Assembly (NCBI RefSeq): GCF_002854065.1
Contig: NZ_CP024147.1
Source: Escherichia coli
Lineage (GTDB): Bacteria; Pseudomonadota; Gammaproteobacteria; Enterobacterales; Enterobacteriaceae
DNA length: 64,000 bases
Direction: 5' to 3' (one strand)
Below the pieces are notes generated by a model that saw only the letters and a program-made list of their open reading frames with translations, searched no databases and had not been told where the DNA came from. The position numbers and the translations under genes are program-made. Position 1 is the stretch's first letter. Every line of letters begins with the position of its first letter. Below, piece after piece: positions 54,756-64,000 of this stretch.

Positions 54756-55808
54756 ATGAATTATCAGAACGACGATTTACGCATCAAAGAAATCAAAGAG
54801 TTACTTCCTCCTGTCGCATTGCTGGAAAAATTCCCCGCTACTGAAAATGCCGCTAATACGGTTGCCCATGCCCGAAAAGCGATCCATAAAATCCTGAAAG
54901 GGAATGATGATCGCCTGTTAGTGGTGATTGGTCCGTGCTCAATTCATGATCCTGTAGCGGCTAAAGAGTACGCAACTCGCTTGTTGGCGCTGCGTGAAGA
55001 GCTGAAAGATGAGCTGGAAATCGTAATGCGCGTCTATTTTGAAAAGCCGCGCACCACGGTGGGCTGGAAAGGGCTGATTAACGATCCGCATATGGACAAT
55101 AGCTTCCAGATCAACGACGGTTTGCGTATTGCCCGTAAATTGCTGCTTGATATTAACGACAGCGGTCTGCCAGCGGCGGGTGAGTTTCTCGATATGATCA
55201 CCCCACAATATCTCGCTGACCTGATGAGCTGGGGCGCAATTGGCGCACGTACCACCGAATCGCAGGTGCACCGCGAACTGGCATCAGGGCTTTCTTGTCC
55301 GGTCGGCTTCAAAAATGGCACCGACGGTACGATTAAAGTGGCTATCGATGCCATTAATGCCGCCGGTGCGCCGCACTGCTTCCTGTCCGTAACGAAATGG
55401 GGGCATTCGGCGATTGTGAATACCAGCGGTAACGGTGATTGCCATATCATTCTGCGCGGCGGTAAAGAGCCTAACTACAGCGCGAAGCACGTTGCTGAAG
55501 TGAAAGAAGGGCTGAACAAAGCAGGCCTGCCAGCACAGATGATGATCGATTTCAGCCATGCTAACTCGTCAAAACAATTCAAAAAGCAGATGGATGTTTG
55601 TGCTGACGTTTGCCAGCAGATTGCCGGTGGCGAAAAGGCCATTATCGGTGTGATGGTGGAAAGTCATCTGGTTGAAGGCAATCAGAGCCTGGAGAGCGGG
55701 GAGCCGCTGGCCTATGGTAAGAGCATCACCGATGCCTGCATTGGCTGGGAAGATACCGATGCTCTGTTACGTCAACTGGCGAATGCAGTAAAAGCGCGTC
55801 GCGGGTAA
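54756..55808 (+). CDS. aroG: Phe-sensitive 3-deoxy-7-phosphoheptulonate (DAHP) synthase
   Basis: 350-aa ORF; N-terminus MNYQNDDLRIKEIKELLPPVALLEKFPATENAANTV. Confidence 0.97.
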   Translation: MNYQNDDLRIKEIKELLPPVALLEKFPATENAANTVAHARKAIHKILKGNDDRLLVVIGPCSIHDPVAAKEYATRLLALREELKDELEIVMRVYFEKPRTTVGWKGLINDPHMDNSFQINDGLRIARKLLLDINDSGLPAAGEFLDMITPQYLADLMSWGAIGARTTESQVHRELASGLSCPVGFKNGTDGTIKVAIDAINAAGAPHCFLSVTKWGHSAIVNTSGNGDCHIILRGGKEPNYSAKHVAEVKEGLNKAGLPAQMMIDFSHANSSKQFKKQMDVCADVCQQIAGGEKAIIGVMVESHLVEGNQSLESGEPLAYGKSITDACIGWEDTDALLRQLANAVKARRG

Positions 55809-55827
55809 TTTATAGTCGAATCGCCAT

Positions 55828-55870
55828 GACTGTACGTTTGTAGCCCTGATAAGACGCGCAGCGTCGCATC
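55828..55870. repeat. REP element
   Basis: gtagccctgataagacgcgcagcgtcgcatcaggc. Confidence 0.7.
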
Positions 55871-55904
55871 AGGCAATGTGCTCCATTGGTAGCAACGACA
55901 AACA

Positions 55905-55940
55905 AAAAAGCCGACTCACTTGCAGTCGGCTTTCTCATTT
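55905..55940. terminator. Bidirectional terminator between aroG and gpmA
   Basis: Hairpin agccgactcacttgcagtcggct flanked by A-run and T-run. Confidence 0.7.
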
Positions 55941-55955
55941 TTAAACGAATAACGT

Positions 55956-56708
55956 TTACTTCGCTTTACCCTGATTAGCAACCGCCGCTGCTTTCGCCGC
56001 GATCTCGTCAGCATTACCCAGATAATAGCGTTTCAGCGGTTTGAAATTCTCGTCGAACTCATACACCAGCGGCACGCCTGTCGGGATATTCAGCTCAAGA
56101 ATCTCTTCTTCGCTCATATTATCGAGATATTTCACCAACGCACGCAGAGAGTTACCGTGTGCAGCGATGATCACGCGCTCACCGCTCTTCATACGCGGCA
56201 GAATGGTTTCATTCCAGTAAGGGATCACGCGGTCAATGGTCAGCGCCAGGCTTTCCGTCAGCGGCAGCTCTTTCTCGCTCAGTTTCGCGTAACGCGGATC
56301 GTGACCCGGATAACGCTCATCATCTTTAGTCAGTTCCGGCGGAGTCACTGCAAAACCACGACGCCACTGTTTCACCTGCTCGTCGCCATACTTTTCAGCA
56401 GTTTCCGCTTTGTTCAGACCCTGCAACGCACCGTAGTGACGTTCGTTCAGTTTCCAGGATTTCTCTACGGGCAGCCATGCCTGATCCAGTTCGTCCAGCA
56501 CATTCCACAGGGTATGGATAGCGCGTTTCAGCACAGAGGTGTAAGCAAAGTCAAAGCTGTAACCTTCCTCTTTCAGCAGCTTACCTGCTGCTTTTGCTTC
56601 GCTTACGCCTTTCTCAGACAGATCCACGTCGTACCAACCGGTGAAACGGTTTTCTTTGTTCCACTGACTTTCGCCATGACGAACCAGAACCAGCTTAGTT
56701 ACAGCCAT
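55956..56708 (-). CDS. gpmA: 2,3-bisphosphoglycerate-dependent phosphoglycerate mutase
   Basis: 250 aa from [17 protein letters not shown] (RHG catalytic motif). Confidence 0.97.
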
Positions 56709-56909
56709 ATACTTACTCCTCAAATCATCTTTTAATGATAATAATTCTCATTATATTGCCGTGACGAAGCAACAGCAATGCTTACGCATAACCATAGCGA
56801 AAATAGTGGCGCAGTGTAAGGTTGTTGTGAATATTGAGTTGCAAATATGTCGGCGTTTGCTGGTGATTTGAACAATATGAGATAAAGCCCTCATGACGAG
56901 GGCTTAACA

Positions 56910-57950
56910 TTACTCAGCAATAAACTGATATTCCGTCAGGCTGGAATACTCTTCGCCAGGACGCAGGAAGCAGTCCGGTTGCGGCCATTCAGGGTGGTTC
57001 GGGCTGTCCGGCAGAAACTCGCTTTCCAACGCCAGCCCTTGCCAGTCGGCGTAAGGTTCGGTTCCCCGCGACGGTGTGCCGCCGAGGAAGTTGCCGGAGT
57101 AGAATTGCAGAGCCGGAGCGGTGGTGTAGACCTTCAGCTGCAATTTTTCATCTGCTGACCAGACATGCGCCGCCACTTTCTTGCCATCGCCTTTGGCCTG
57201 TAACAAGAACGCGTGATCGTAACCTTTCACTTTGCGCTGATCGTCGTCGGCAAGAAACTCACTGGCGATGATTTTGGCGCTGCGGAAATCAAAAGACGTT
57301 CCGGCGACAGATTTCAGGCCGTCGTGCGGAATGCCGCCTTCATCAACCGGCAGATATTCGTCCGCCAGAATCTGCAACTTGTGATTGCGCACGTCAGACT
57401 GCTCGCCGTCAAGATTGAAATAGACGTGATTAGTCATATTCACCGGGCAAGGTTTATCAACTGTGGCGCGATAAGTAATGGAGATACGGTTATCGTCGGT
57501 CAGACGATATTGCACCGTCGCGCCGAGATTACCCGGGAAGCCCTGATCGCCATCATCTGAACTCAGGGCAAACAGCACCTGACGATCGTTCTGGTTCACA
57601 ATCTGCCAGCGACGTTTGTCGAACCCTTCCGGGCCGCCGTGCAGCTGGTTAACGCCCTGACTTGGCGAAAGCGTCACGGTTTCACCGTCAAAGGTATAAC
57701 GGCTATTGGCGATGCGGTTGGCATAACGACCAATAGAGGCCCCCAGAAACGCGGCCTGATCCTGATAGCATTCCGGGCTGGCACAGCCGAGCAGCGCCTC
57801 GCGGACGCTGCCATCGGAAAGCGGAATACGGGCTGAAAGTAAAGTCGCACCCCAGTCCATCAGCGTGACTACCATCCCTGCGTTGTTACGCAAAGTTAAC
57901 AGTCGGTACGGCTGACCATCGGGTGCCAGTGCGGGAGTTTCGTTCAGCAC
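56910..57950 (-). CDS. galM: Aldose 1-epimerase (galactose mutarotase)
   Basis: 346-aa ORF; last gene of the gal operon. Confidence 0.95.
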
Positions 57951-59092
57951 TGTCCTGCTCCTTGTGATGGTTTACAAACGTAAAAAGTCTCTTTAATACC
58001 TGTTTTTGCTTCATATTGTTCAGCGACAGCTTGCTGTACGGCAGGCACCAGCTCTTCCGGAATAAGCGCGACGATACAGCCGCCAAATCCGCCGCCGGTC
58101 ATGCGTACGCCACCTTTGTCGCCAATCACAGCTTTGACGATTTCTACCAGAGTGTCAATTTGCGGCACGGTGATTTCGAAATCATCGCGCATAGAGGCAT
58201 GAGACTCCGCCATCAACTCGCCCATACGTTTCAGGTCGCCTTGCTCCAGCGCGCTGGCAGCTTCAACGGTGCGGGCGTTTTCAGTCAGGATATGACGCAC
58301 GCGTTTCGCCACGATTGGGTCCAGCTCATGTGCAACAGCGTTGAACTCTTCAATGGTGACATCGCGCAGAGCTGGCTGCTGGAAGAAACGCGCACCGGTT
58401 TCGCACTGTTCACGACGGGTGTTGTATTCGCTGCCAACCAGGGTACGTTTGAAGTTACTGTTGATGATGACGACAGCCACACCTTTCGGCATGGAAACTG
58501 CTTTGGTCCCCAGTGAGCGACAGTCAATCAGCAAGGCATGATCTTTCTTGCCGAGTGCGGAAATTAGCTGATCCATGATCCCGCAGTTACAGCCAACAAA
58601 CTGGTTTTCTGCTTCCTGACCGTTAAGCGCGATTTGTGCGCCGTCCAGCGGCAGATGATAAAGCTGCTGCAATACGGTTCCGACCGCGACTTCCAGTGAA
58701 GCGGAAGAACTTAACCCGGCACCCTGCGGCACATTGCCGCTGATCACCATGTCCACACCGCCGAAGCTGTTGTTACGCAGTTGCAGATGTTTCACCACGC
58801 CACGAACGTAGTTCGCCCATTGATAGTTTTCATGCGCGACAATGGGCGCATCGAGGGAAAACTCGTCGAGCTGATTTTCATAATCGGCTGCCATTACGCG
58901 AACTTTACGGTCATCGCGTGGCGCACAACTGATCACGGTTTGATAATCAATCGCGCAGGGCAGAACGAAACCGTCGTTGTAGTCGGTGTGTTCACCAATC
59001 AAATTCACGCGGCCAGGCGCCTGAATGGTGTGAGTGGCAGGGTAGCCAAATGCGTTGGCAAACAGAGATTGCGTTTTTTCTTTCAGACTCAT
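57944..59092 (-). CDS. galK: Galactokinase
   Basis: 382-aa ORF; GHMP kinase motifs (PxGxGLSSSA). Confidence 0.97.
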
Positions 59093-59095
59093 TTC

Positions 59096-60142
59096 TTACA
59101 CTCCGGATTCGCGAAAATGGATATCGCTGACTGCGCGCAAACGCTCTGCTGCCTGTTCTGCGGTCAGGTCTCGCTGGGTCTCTGCCAGCATTTCATAACC
59201 AACCATAAATTTACGTACGGTGGCGGAGCGCAACAGAGGCGGATAAAAGTGCGCGTGCAGCTGCCAGTGTTGATTCTCTTCGCCATTAAATGGCGCGCCG
59301 TGCCAGCCCATAGAGTAGGGGAAGGAGCACTGGAAGAGGTTGTCATAACGACTGGTCAGCTTTTTCAACGCCAGCGCCAGATCGCTGCGCTGGGCGTCGG
59401 TCAAATCGGTGATCCGTAAAACGTGGGCTTTGGGCATAAGTAGCGTTTCGAACGGCCAGGCAGCCCAGTAAGGCACAACTGCTAACCAGTGTTCGGTTTC
59501 GACAACGGTACGGCTACCGTCTGCCAGCTCGCGCTGAACATAATCCACCAGCATTGGTGATTTCTGCTCGGCAAAAAATTCTTTTTGCAGGCGGTCTTCG
59601 CGCTCAGCTTCGTTAGGCAGGAAGCTATTTGCCCAAACCTGTCCGTGCGGATGCGGGTTAGAGCAGCCCATCGCCGCGCCTTTGTTTTCAAAGACCTGCA
59701 CCCATGGGTACGTTTTCCCCAGTTCTGCGGTTTGCTCCTGCCAGGTTTTGACGATTTCCGTCAATGCCGCAACACTGAGCTCTGGCAGCGTTTTACTGTG
59801 ATCCGGTGAAAAGCAGATCACCCGGCTGGTACCGCGCGCGCTCTGGCAACGCATCAGCGGATCGTTGCTTTCTGGCGCATCTGGCGTGTCAGACATCAAG
59901 GCCGCAAAGTCATTAGTGAAAACGTAAGTCCCGGTGTAATCGGGGTTTTTATCGCCTGTCACCCGCACATTACCTGCGCAGAGGAAGCAATCTGGATCGT
60001 GCGCAGGTAACACCTGTTTGGCTGGCGTTTCCTGCGCCCCCTGCCAGGGGCGCTTAGCGCGGTGCGGTGAAACCAGAATCCATTGCCCGGTGAGCGGGTT
60101 GTAGCGGCGATGTGGATGATCAACGGGATTAAATTGCGTCAT
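59096..60142 (-). CDS. galT: Galactose-1-phosphate uridylyltransferase
   Basis: 348-aa ORF with HPH active-site motif (…[11 protein letters not shown]…). Confidence 0.97.
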   Translation of the reverse strand: MTQFNPVDHPHRRYNPLTGQWILVSPHRAKRPWQGAQETPAKQVLPAHDPDCFLCAGNVRVTGDKNPDYTGTYVFTNDFAALMSDTPDAPESNDPLMRCQSARGTSRVICFSPDHSKTLPELSVAALTEIVKTWQEQTAELGKTYPWVQVFENKGAAMGCSNPHPHGQVWANSFLPNEAEREDRLQKEFFAEQKSPMLVDYVQRELADGSRTVVETEHWLAVVPYWAAWPFETLLMPKAHVLRITDLTDAQRSDLALALKKLTSRYDNLFQCSFPYSMGWHGAPFNGEENQHWQLHAHFYPPLLRSATVRKFMVGYEMLAETQRDLTAEQAAERLRAVSDIHFRESGV

Positions 60143-60151
60143 GGTTGTTCC

Positions 60152-61168
60152 TTAATCGGGATATCCCTGTGGATGGCGTGACTGCCAGTGCCAGGTGTCC
60201 TGCGCCATTTCATCGAGTGTGCGCGTTACGCGCCAGTTCAGTTCACGGTCAGCTTTGCTGGCGTCCGCCCAGTAGGCCGGAAGGTCGCCCTCGCGACGCG
60301 GTGCAAAATGATAGTTAACCGGTTTGCCGCAGGCTTTGCTGAAGGCATTAACCACGTCCAGCACGCTGCTGCCTACGCCAGCACCGAGGTTGTAGATGTG
60401 TACGCCTGGCTTGTTCGCCAGTTTTTCCATCGCCACGACGTGACCGTCCGCCAGATCCATTACGTGGATGTAATCGCGTACGCCAGTACCGTCTTCGGTC
60501 GGATAATCGTTACCAAAAATCGCCAGCGAGTCGCGACGGCCTACAGCAACCTGGGCGATGTATGGCATCAGGTTATTCGGAATGCCTTGCGGATCTTCGC
60601 CCATATCGCCCGACGGATGCGCGCCAACCGGGTTGAAGTAGCGCAGCAGGGCAATGCTCCAGTCCGGCTGGGCTTTTTGCAGATCGGTGAGGATCTGTTC
60701 CACCATCAGCTTGCTTTTGCCGTAAGGGCTTTGCGGTGTGCCGGTCGGGAAGCTTTCAACGTATGGAATTTTGGGCTGATCGCCATAAACGGTGGCGGAG
60801 GAGCTAAAAATAAAGTTTTTGACGTTAGCGGCGCGCATGGCGCTAATCAGGCGCAGAGTACCGTTGACATTGTTGTCGTAATATTCCAGCGGTTTTTGTA
60901 CCGATTCGCCAACGGCTTTCAGCCCGGCGAAGTGGATCACGGTGTCGATAGCGTGATCGTGCAGGATCTCGGTCATCAACGCTTCGTTACGGATATCGCC
61001 TTCAACAAACGTTGGATGTTTGCCGCCTAAACGCTCGATAACAGGCAGTACGCTGCGCTTACTGTTACAGAGGTTATCAAGAATGATGACATCATGACCG
61101 TTTTGCAGTAATTGCACACAGGTATGACTTCCAATGTAACCGCTACCACCGGTGACCAGAACTCTCAT
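60152..61168 (-). CDS. galE: UDP-glucose 4-epimerase
   Basis: 338 aa from MRVLVTGGSGYIGSHTC (NAD-binding Rossmann GxxGxxG). Confidence 0.97.
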   Translation of the reverse strand: MRVLVTGGSGYIGSHTCVQLLQNGHDVIILDNLCNSKRSVLPVIERLGGKHPTFVEGDIRNEALMTEILHDHAIDTVIHFAGLKAVGESVQKPLEYYDNNVNGTLRLISAMRAANVKNFIFSSSATVYGDQPKIPYVESFPTGTPQSPYGKSKLMVEQILTDLQKAQPDWSIALLRYFNPVGAHPSGDMGEDPQGIPNNLMPYIAQVAVGRRDSLAIFGNDYPTEDGTGVRDYIHVMDLADGHVVAMEKLANKPGVHIYNLGAGVGSSVLDVVNAFSKACGKPVNYHFAPRREGDLPAYWADASKADRELNWRVTRTLDEMAQDTWHWQSRHPQGYPD

Positions 61169-61179
61169 AATTCGCTCCA

Positions 61180-61290
61180 TTAGGCTTATGGTATGAAATA
61201 ACCATAGCATAACAAAGATGCGAAAAGTGTGACATGGAATAAATTAGTGGAATCGTTTACACAAGAGTTTTGCCATTTTTTATGTGCGAT
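61180..61290 (-). promoter_or_regulatory. gal operon promoter region (P1/P2, CRP site, GalR operator OE)
   Basis: Minus strand reads …tgtgtaaacgattccac… (OE, 61248–61263), ttattccatgtcacactttt (CRP site) and tatgctatggttatttcatacc (overlapping -10 elements). Confidence 0.8.
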
Positions 61291-61429
61291 TAAGTGATTA
61301 TAAAACAGAGGGTTTATGAATGATTGCGCTTTTTATCTGAAAAAAAGACGCGGTTTCATGCCTGCATGTGTCGAACCGTTGGCCGGAGAGGGCGCTTAGG
61401 CCGCCTCCGGCAAGGTCAGCACTACCGAC

Positions 61430-62902
61430 TCAATATATTTTTGTCAGCACATAGCGATAGAGTCCACCGTCCGGCACGAACTCAAGACGATGGGTAATAC
61501 AGGCAGGCGCATCTTCAGCGTGGTGCGAAACAAACAACAATTGCGTTTCACCTTCGCTAATCAGCACATCAACAAAACGGCGGATAAGCTGGCGATTCAG
61601 CGGATCAAGCCCCTGTAGTGGTTCATCGAGAATAAGCAACGTCGGATGTTTCACCAGTGCGCGGACAATCAGCGCCAGACGCTGCTGTCCCCAGGAAAGA
61701 CTATGGAACGGAGCGTCAGCCGTGCGTTTATCAATGCCGAGAATATCCAGCCACTGCTGCACCAGTTTTTGCTGGCGATCCGAAACGGCCTGATAAATGC
61801 CAATCGAATCGAAATAGCCAGAAAGAATCACATTACGCACCGTGGTGCTGACCCGGTAATCCAGATGCAAACTACTGCTGACGTAACCGATATGCTTTTT
61901 GATGTCCCAGATGGTTTCGCCGCTGCCGCGACGTCGGCCGAAAAGCGTCAAATCGTTGCTGTAACCTTGCGGATGATCGCCAGTAATCAGGCTTAATAAC
62001 GTCGATTTTCCCGCACCATTTGGCCCGACAATTTGCCAGTGCTCGCCAGGATTCACCTGCCAGCTAAGGTTATTAAGAATGGGGCGATCATTATAAGAAA
62101 CCACGCCATTATTCAGCACAATGCGCGGTTCGTTGGTGGGTAAGGCGTGACGTGCTGAAGGTTCATCCGGCTCCGGCAGTTGCACACCTACAAGCTGTTC
62201 GCTATGCGCCAGTTGCGCGACGAGTGCTTGCTGGAGCAGTTCCTCTTTAGCGCCAGTTTCCGCTAAAGTACAATCCGCCAGCACGCCAGCAAACTGGACA
62301 AATTCCGGGATCTCATCGAAGCGATTGAGCACCAGTACCAGAGTAATACCGGACTGATGTAACGAGGCGAGTCGCTCAGCCAGCTGCTGACGTGAGGCAA
62401 CATCAAGGCCATCGAACGGCTCATCAAGAATCAACAAGTCAGGCTCCGACATCAGAGCCTGACACAGCAGGGTTTTTCGCGTCTCGCCAGTGGAAAGGTA
62501 TTTAAAGCGTCGGTCGAGGAGGGCGGTAATACCGAACTGCTGTGCCAGTTGCATGCAGCGCGGTGCATCCTTTACTTCATCCTGAATAATCTCAGCCGTA
62601 GAGCGTCCGGTGTCATCTTCGCCAGGGCCGAGCATATCGGTGTTATTCCGCTGCCATTCGTCGCTGACGAGCTTTTGCAATTGCTCGAAGGAGAGACGAG
62701 TGATGTGGGAAAACTGGCTTTGCCGTTCACCTTTCAAAAGCGGAAGTTCCCCCGCCAGCGCGCGGGCCAGGGCCGATTTCCCGCTTCCATTCGAACCGAC
62801 AAACGCCCAACTATCCCCCGCGTTTAACGTTAGCTGAGGCAATTGCAGCGTTTTTGTGTCGCCAAGACGAAACGTGCCTTGCAAGATTTGCAATGATGAC
62901 AT
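61430..62902 (-). CDS. modF: ABC-type ATPase ModF (two ABC domains)
   Basis: 490 aa from MSSLQILQGTFRLGDTKTLQLPQL…; two Walker A motifs (GSNGSGKS, GPNGAGKS). Confidence 0.9.
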   Translation of the reverse strand: MSSLQILQGTFRLGDTKTLQLPQLTLNAGDSWAFVGSNGSGKSALARALAGELPLLKGERQSQFSHITRLSFEQLQKLVSDEWQRNNTDMLGPGEDDTGRSTAEIIQDEVKDAPRCMQLAQQFGITALLDRRFKYLSTGETRKTLLCQALMSEPDLLILDEPFDGLDVASRQQLAERLASLHQSGITLVLVLNRFDEIPEFVQFAGVLADCTLAETGAKEELLQQALVAQLAHSEQLVGVQLPEPDEPSARHALPTNEPRIVLNNGVVSYNDRPILNNLSWQVNPGEHWQIVGPNGAGKSTLLSLITGDHPQGYSNDLTLFGRRRGSGETIWDIKKHIGYVSSSLHLDYRVSTTVRNVILSGYFDSIGIYQAVSDRQQKLVQQWLDILGIDKRTADAPFHSLSWGQQRLALIVRALVKHPTLLILDEPLQGLDPLNRQLIRRFVDVLISEGETQLLFVSHHAEDAPACITHRLEFVPDGGLYRYVLTKIY

Positions 62903-62969
62903 TTTATATCCCATTTTGTGCAGCGATTACTGACAGGGATACGTGTTTCATAACAAATTGTCAACACGC

Positions 62970-63758
62970 TTAGCACAGCGTGGCGATAATCACGCTGTCG
63001 GCATTAAAGTAGGCCGTGACATTCTGTCCTTGCTGAAGAGAAGTCGCTTCATTTACCGGCACTGTGGCGCACAGTGTTTGCCCGTCCGGTAGCGCCATTA
63101 ATACTTCGCACTGCTCTGCGCCGCGCTCAATATGACTAATAATACCCGGTAATTGGTTGTCAGCGTTTTGCGCGACCGCTTCGTCCTGAGTAATGCCTAC
63201 CCACGGCGCTTTTAGCAATATCAACACTTCTTTGCCTTCATCCAGCCCCAGACGCGCGCCGCTTTGTGCGGTAATTGCGACTTTCAGGCGTGTTTTTCCA
63301 TCAGCCAGTAAGACATCAACATGCTGTTGAACGTCATCATGATCGCGGGCGGTGATGGTACCGAACCACTGGTTACGGGCGCTGGTTTGCAGTGAAAAAC
63401 GTGAGATCGCGGCCAGCAGGCTGTTCAGCGGCAGGGCGTCATCGTCACTTAACACATCAAAGGCTTTTTGCTGGATTTGCGCCAGTAAGTCATAGAGCTG
63501 AATCAGTCGCTGACCATAGCGGGTCAGTACTGCGCCGCCGCCACCTTTACCGCCTGTTGCACGCTCGACCAGAATATGCTCACTTAACTGATTCATCTCG
63601 TTAATGGCATCCCAGGCGCTTTTATAGCTGATACCGGCATCTTTCGCTCCCTGGCTAATGGAACCGGAAAGCGCAATGTGTTTTAGTAGCGAAATGCGGC
63701 GCGGGTCGGCGAATAATTTTTGTTGGAGCTTAAGGGTGAGAAGGATTTCGGCCTGCAT
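62970..63758 (-). CDS. modE: Molybdate-responsive transcriptional regulator ModE
   Basis: 262-aa ORF with N-terminal HTH and tandem Mop domains; synteny. Confidence 0.95.
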   Translation of the reverse strand: MQAEILLTLKLQQKLFADPRRISLLKHIALSGSISQGAKDAGISYKSAWDAINEMNQLSEHILVERATGGKGGGGAVLTRYGQRLIQLYDLLAQIQQKAFDVLSDDDALPLNSLLAAISRFSLQTSARNQWFGTITARDHDDVQQHVDVLLADGKTRLKVAITAQSGARLGLDEGKEVLILLKAPWVGITQDEAVAQNADNQLPGIISHIERGAEQCEVLMALPDGQTLCATVPVNEATSLQQGQNVTAYFNADSVIIATLC

Positions 63759-63868
63759 AACAATGTCCTGGCAAAAGTCTTATTGTGACGGAAAACGAAC
63801 GCCACGCAAAGCTGACCGCACAAAAGGGGAGTGCTTTTCTGTGCTTAGCGGTTAGAATAGTCTCATGA

Positions 63869-64000
<132 letters not shown>

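Noticed and set aside
56157-61030. Plus-strand ORFs inside gpmA, galM, galK, galT and galE (for example 56157..56735, 58781..59419, 60188..61030)
   Set aside because: Antisense to well-supported gal and gpmA genes.
61380-61412. Palindrome gccggagagggcgcttaggccgcctccggc downstream of modF as a REP element
   Set aside because: More simply explained as the modF transcription terminator hairpin; it lacks the typical REP consensus.

Overview
This window is an Escherichia coli-type chromosomal segment syntenic with the K-12 rhs–phr–gltA–sdh–suc–cyd–tol/pal–tRNA(Lys/Val)–nadA–gal–mod region, carrying a strain-specific insertion of about 10.5 kb between sucD and cydA where K-12 has mngR-mngA-mngB. 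Gene identities are from reading the translated ORFs against remembered protein families; no database search was run. The conserved backbone reads: a 5'-truncated Rhs gene with C-terminal toxin tip and overlapping immunity ORF, a SymE-like toxin, ybgA-phr, dtpD, ybgI, pxpBCA, nei, abrB, the ybgOPQD fimbrial operon, gltA, sdhCDAB-sucABCD, cydABX-ybgE, ybgC-tolQRA-tolB-pal-cpoB, seven tRNA genes, nadA-pnuC, zitB, ybgS, aroG, gpmA, galMKTE, modF, modE and the start of acrZ. The insertion has two compositionally distinct parts. The first is a tightly coupled minus-strand operon: glmS-glmL-glmE (B12-dependent glutamate mutase), methylaspartate ammonia-lyase, and an uncharacterised DUF1446/DUF4387 pair, ending in a glutamate/dicarboxylate symporter gene truncated by an intact IS1. 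That IS1 has no target-site duplication and also truncates a convergent LysR-type regulator, so a deletion is likely. The second part is a strongly AT-rich segment with two co-directional hypothetical genes (314 aa and 140 aa) of unknown function. The best candidates for an undescribed system are the DUF1446/DUF4387 pair and the AT-rich two-gene module.
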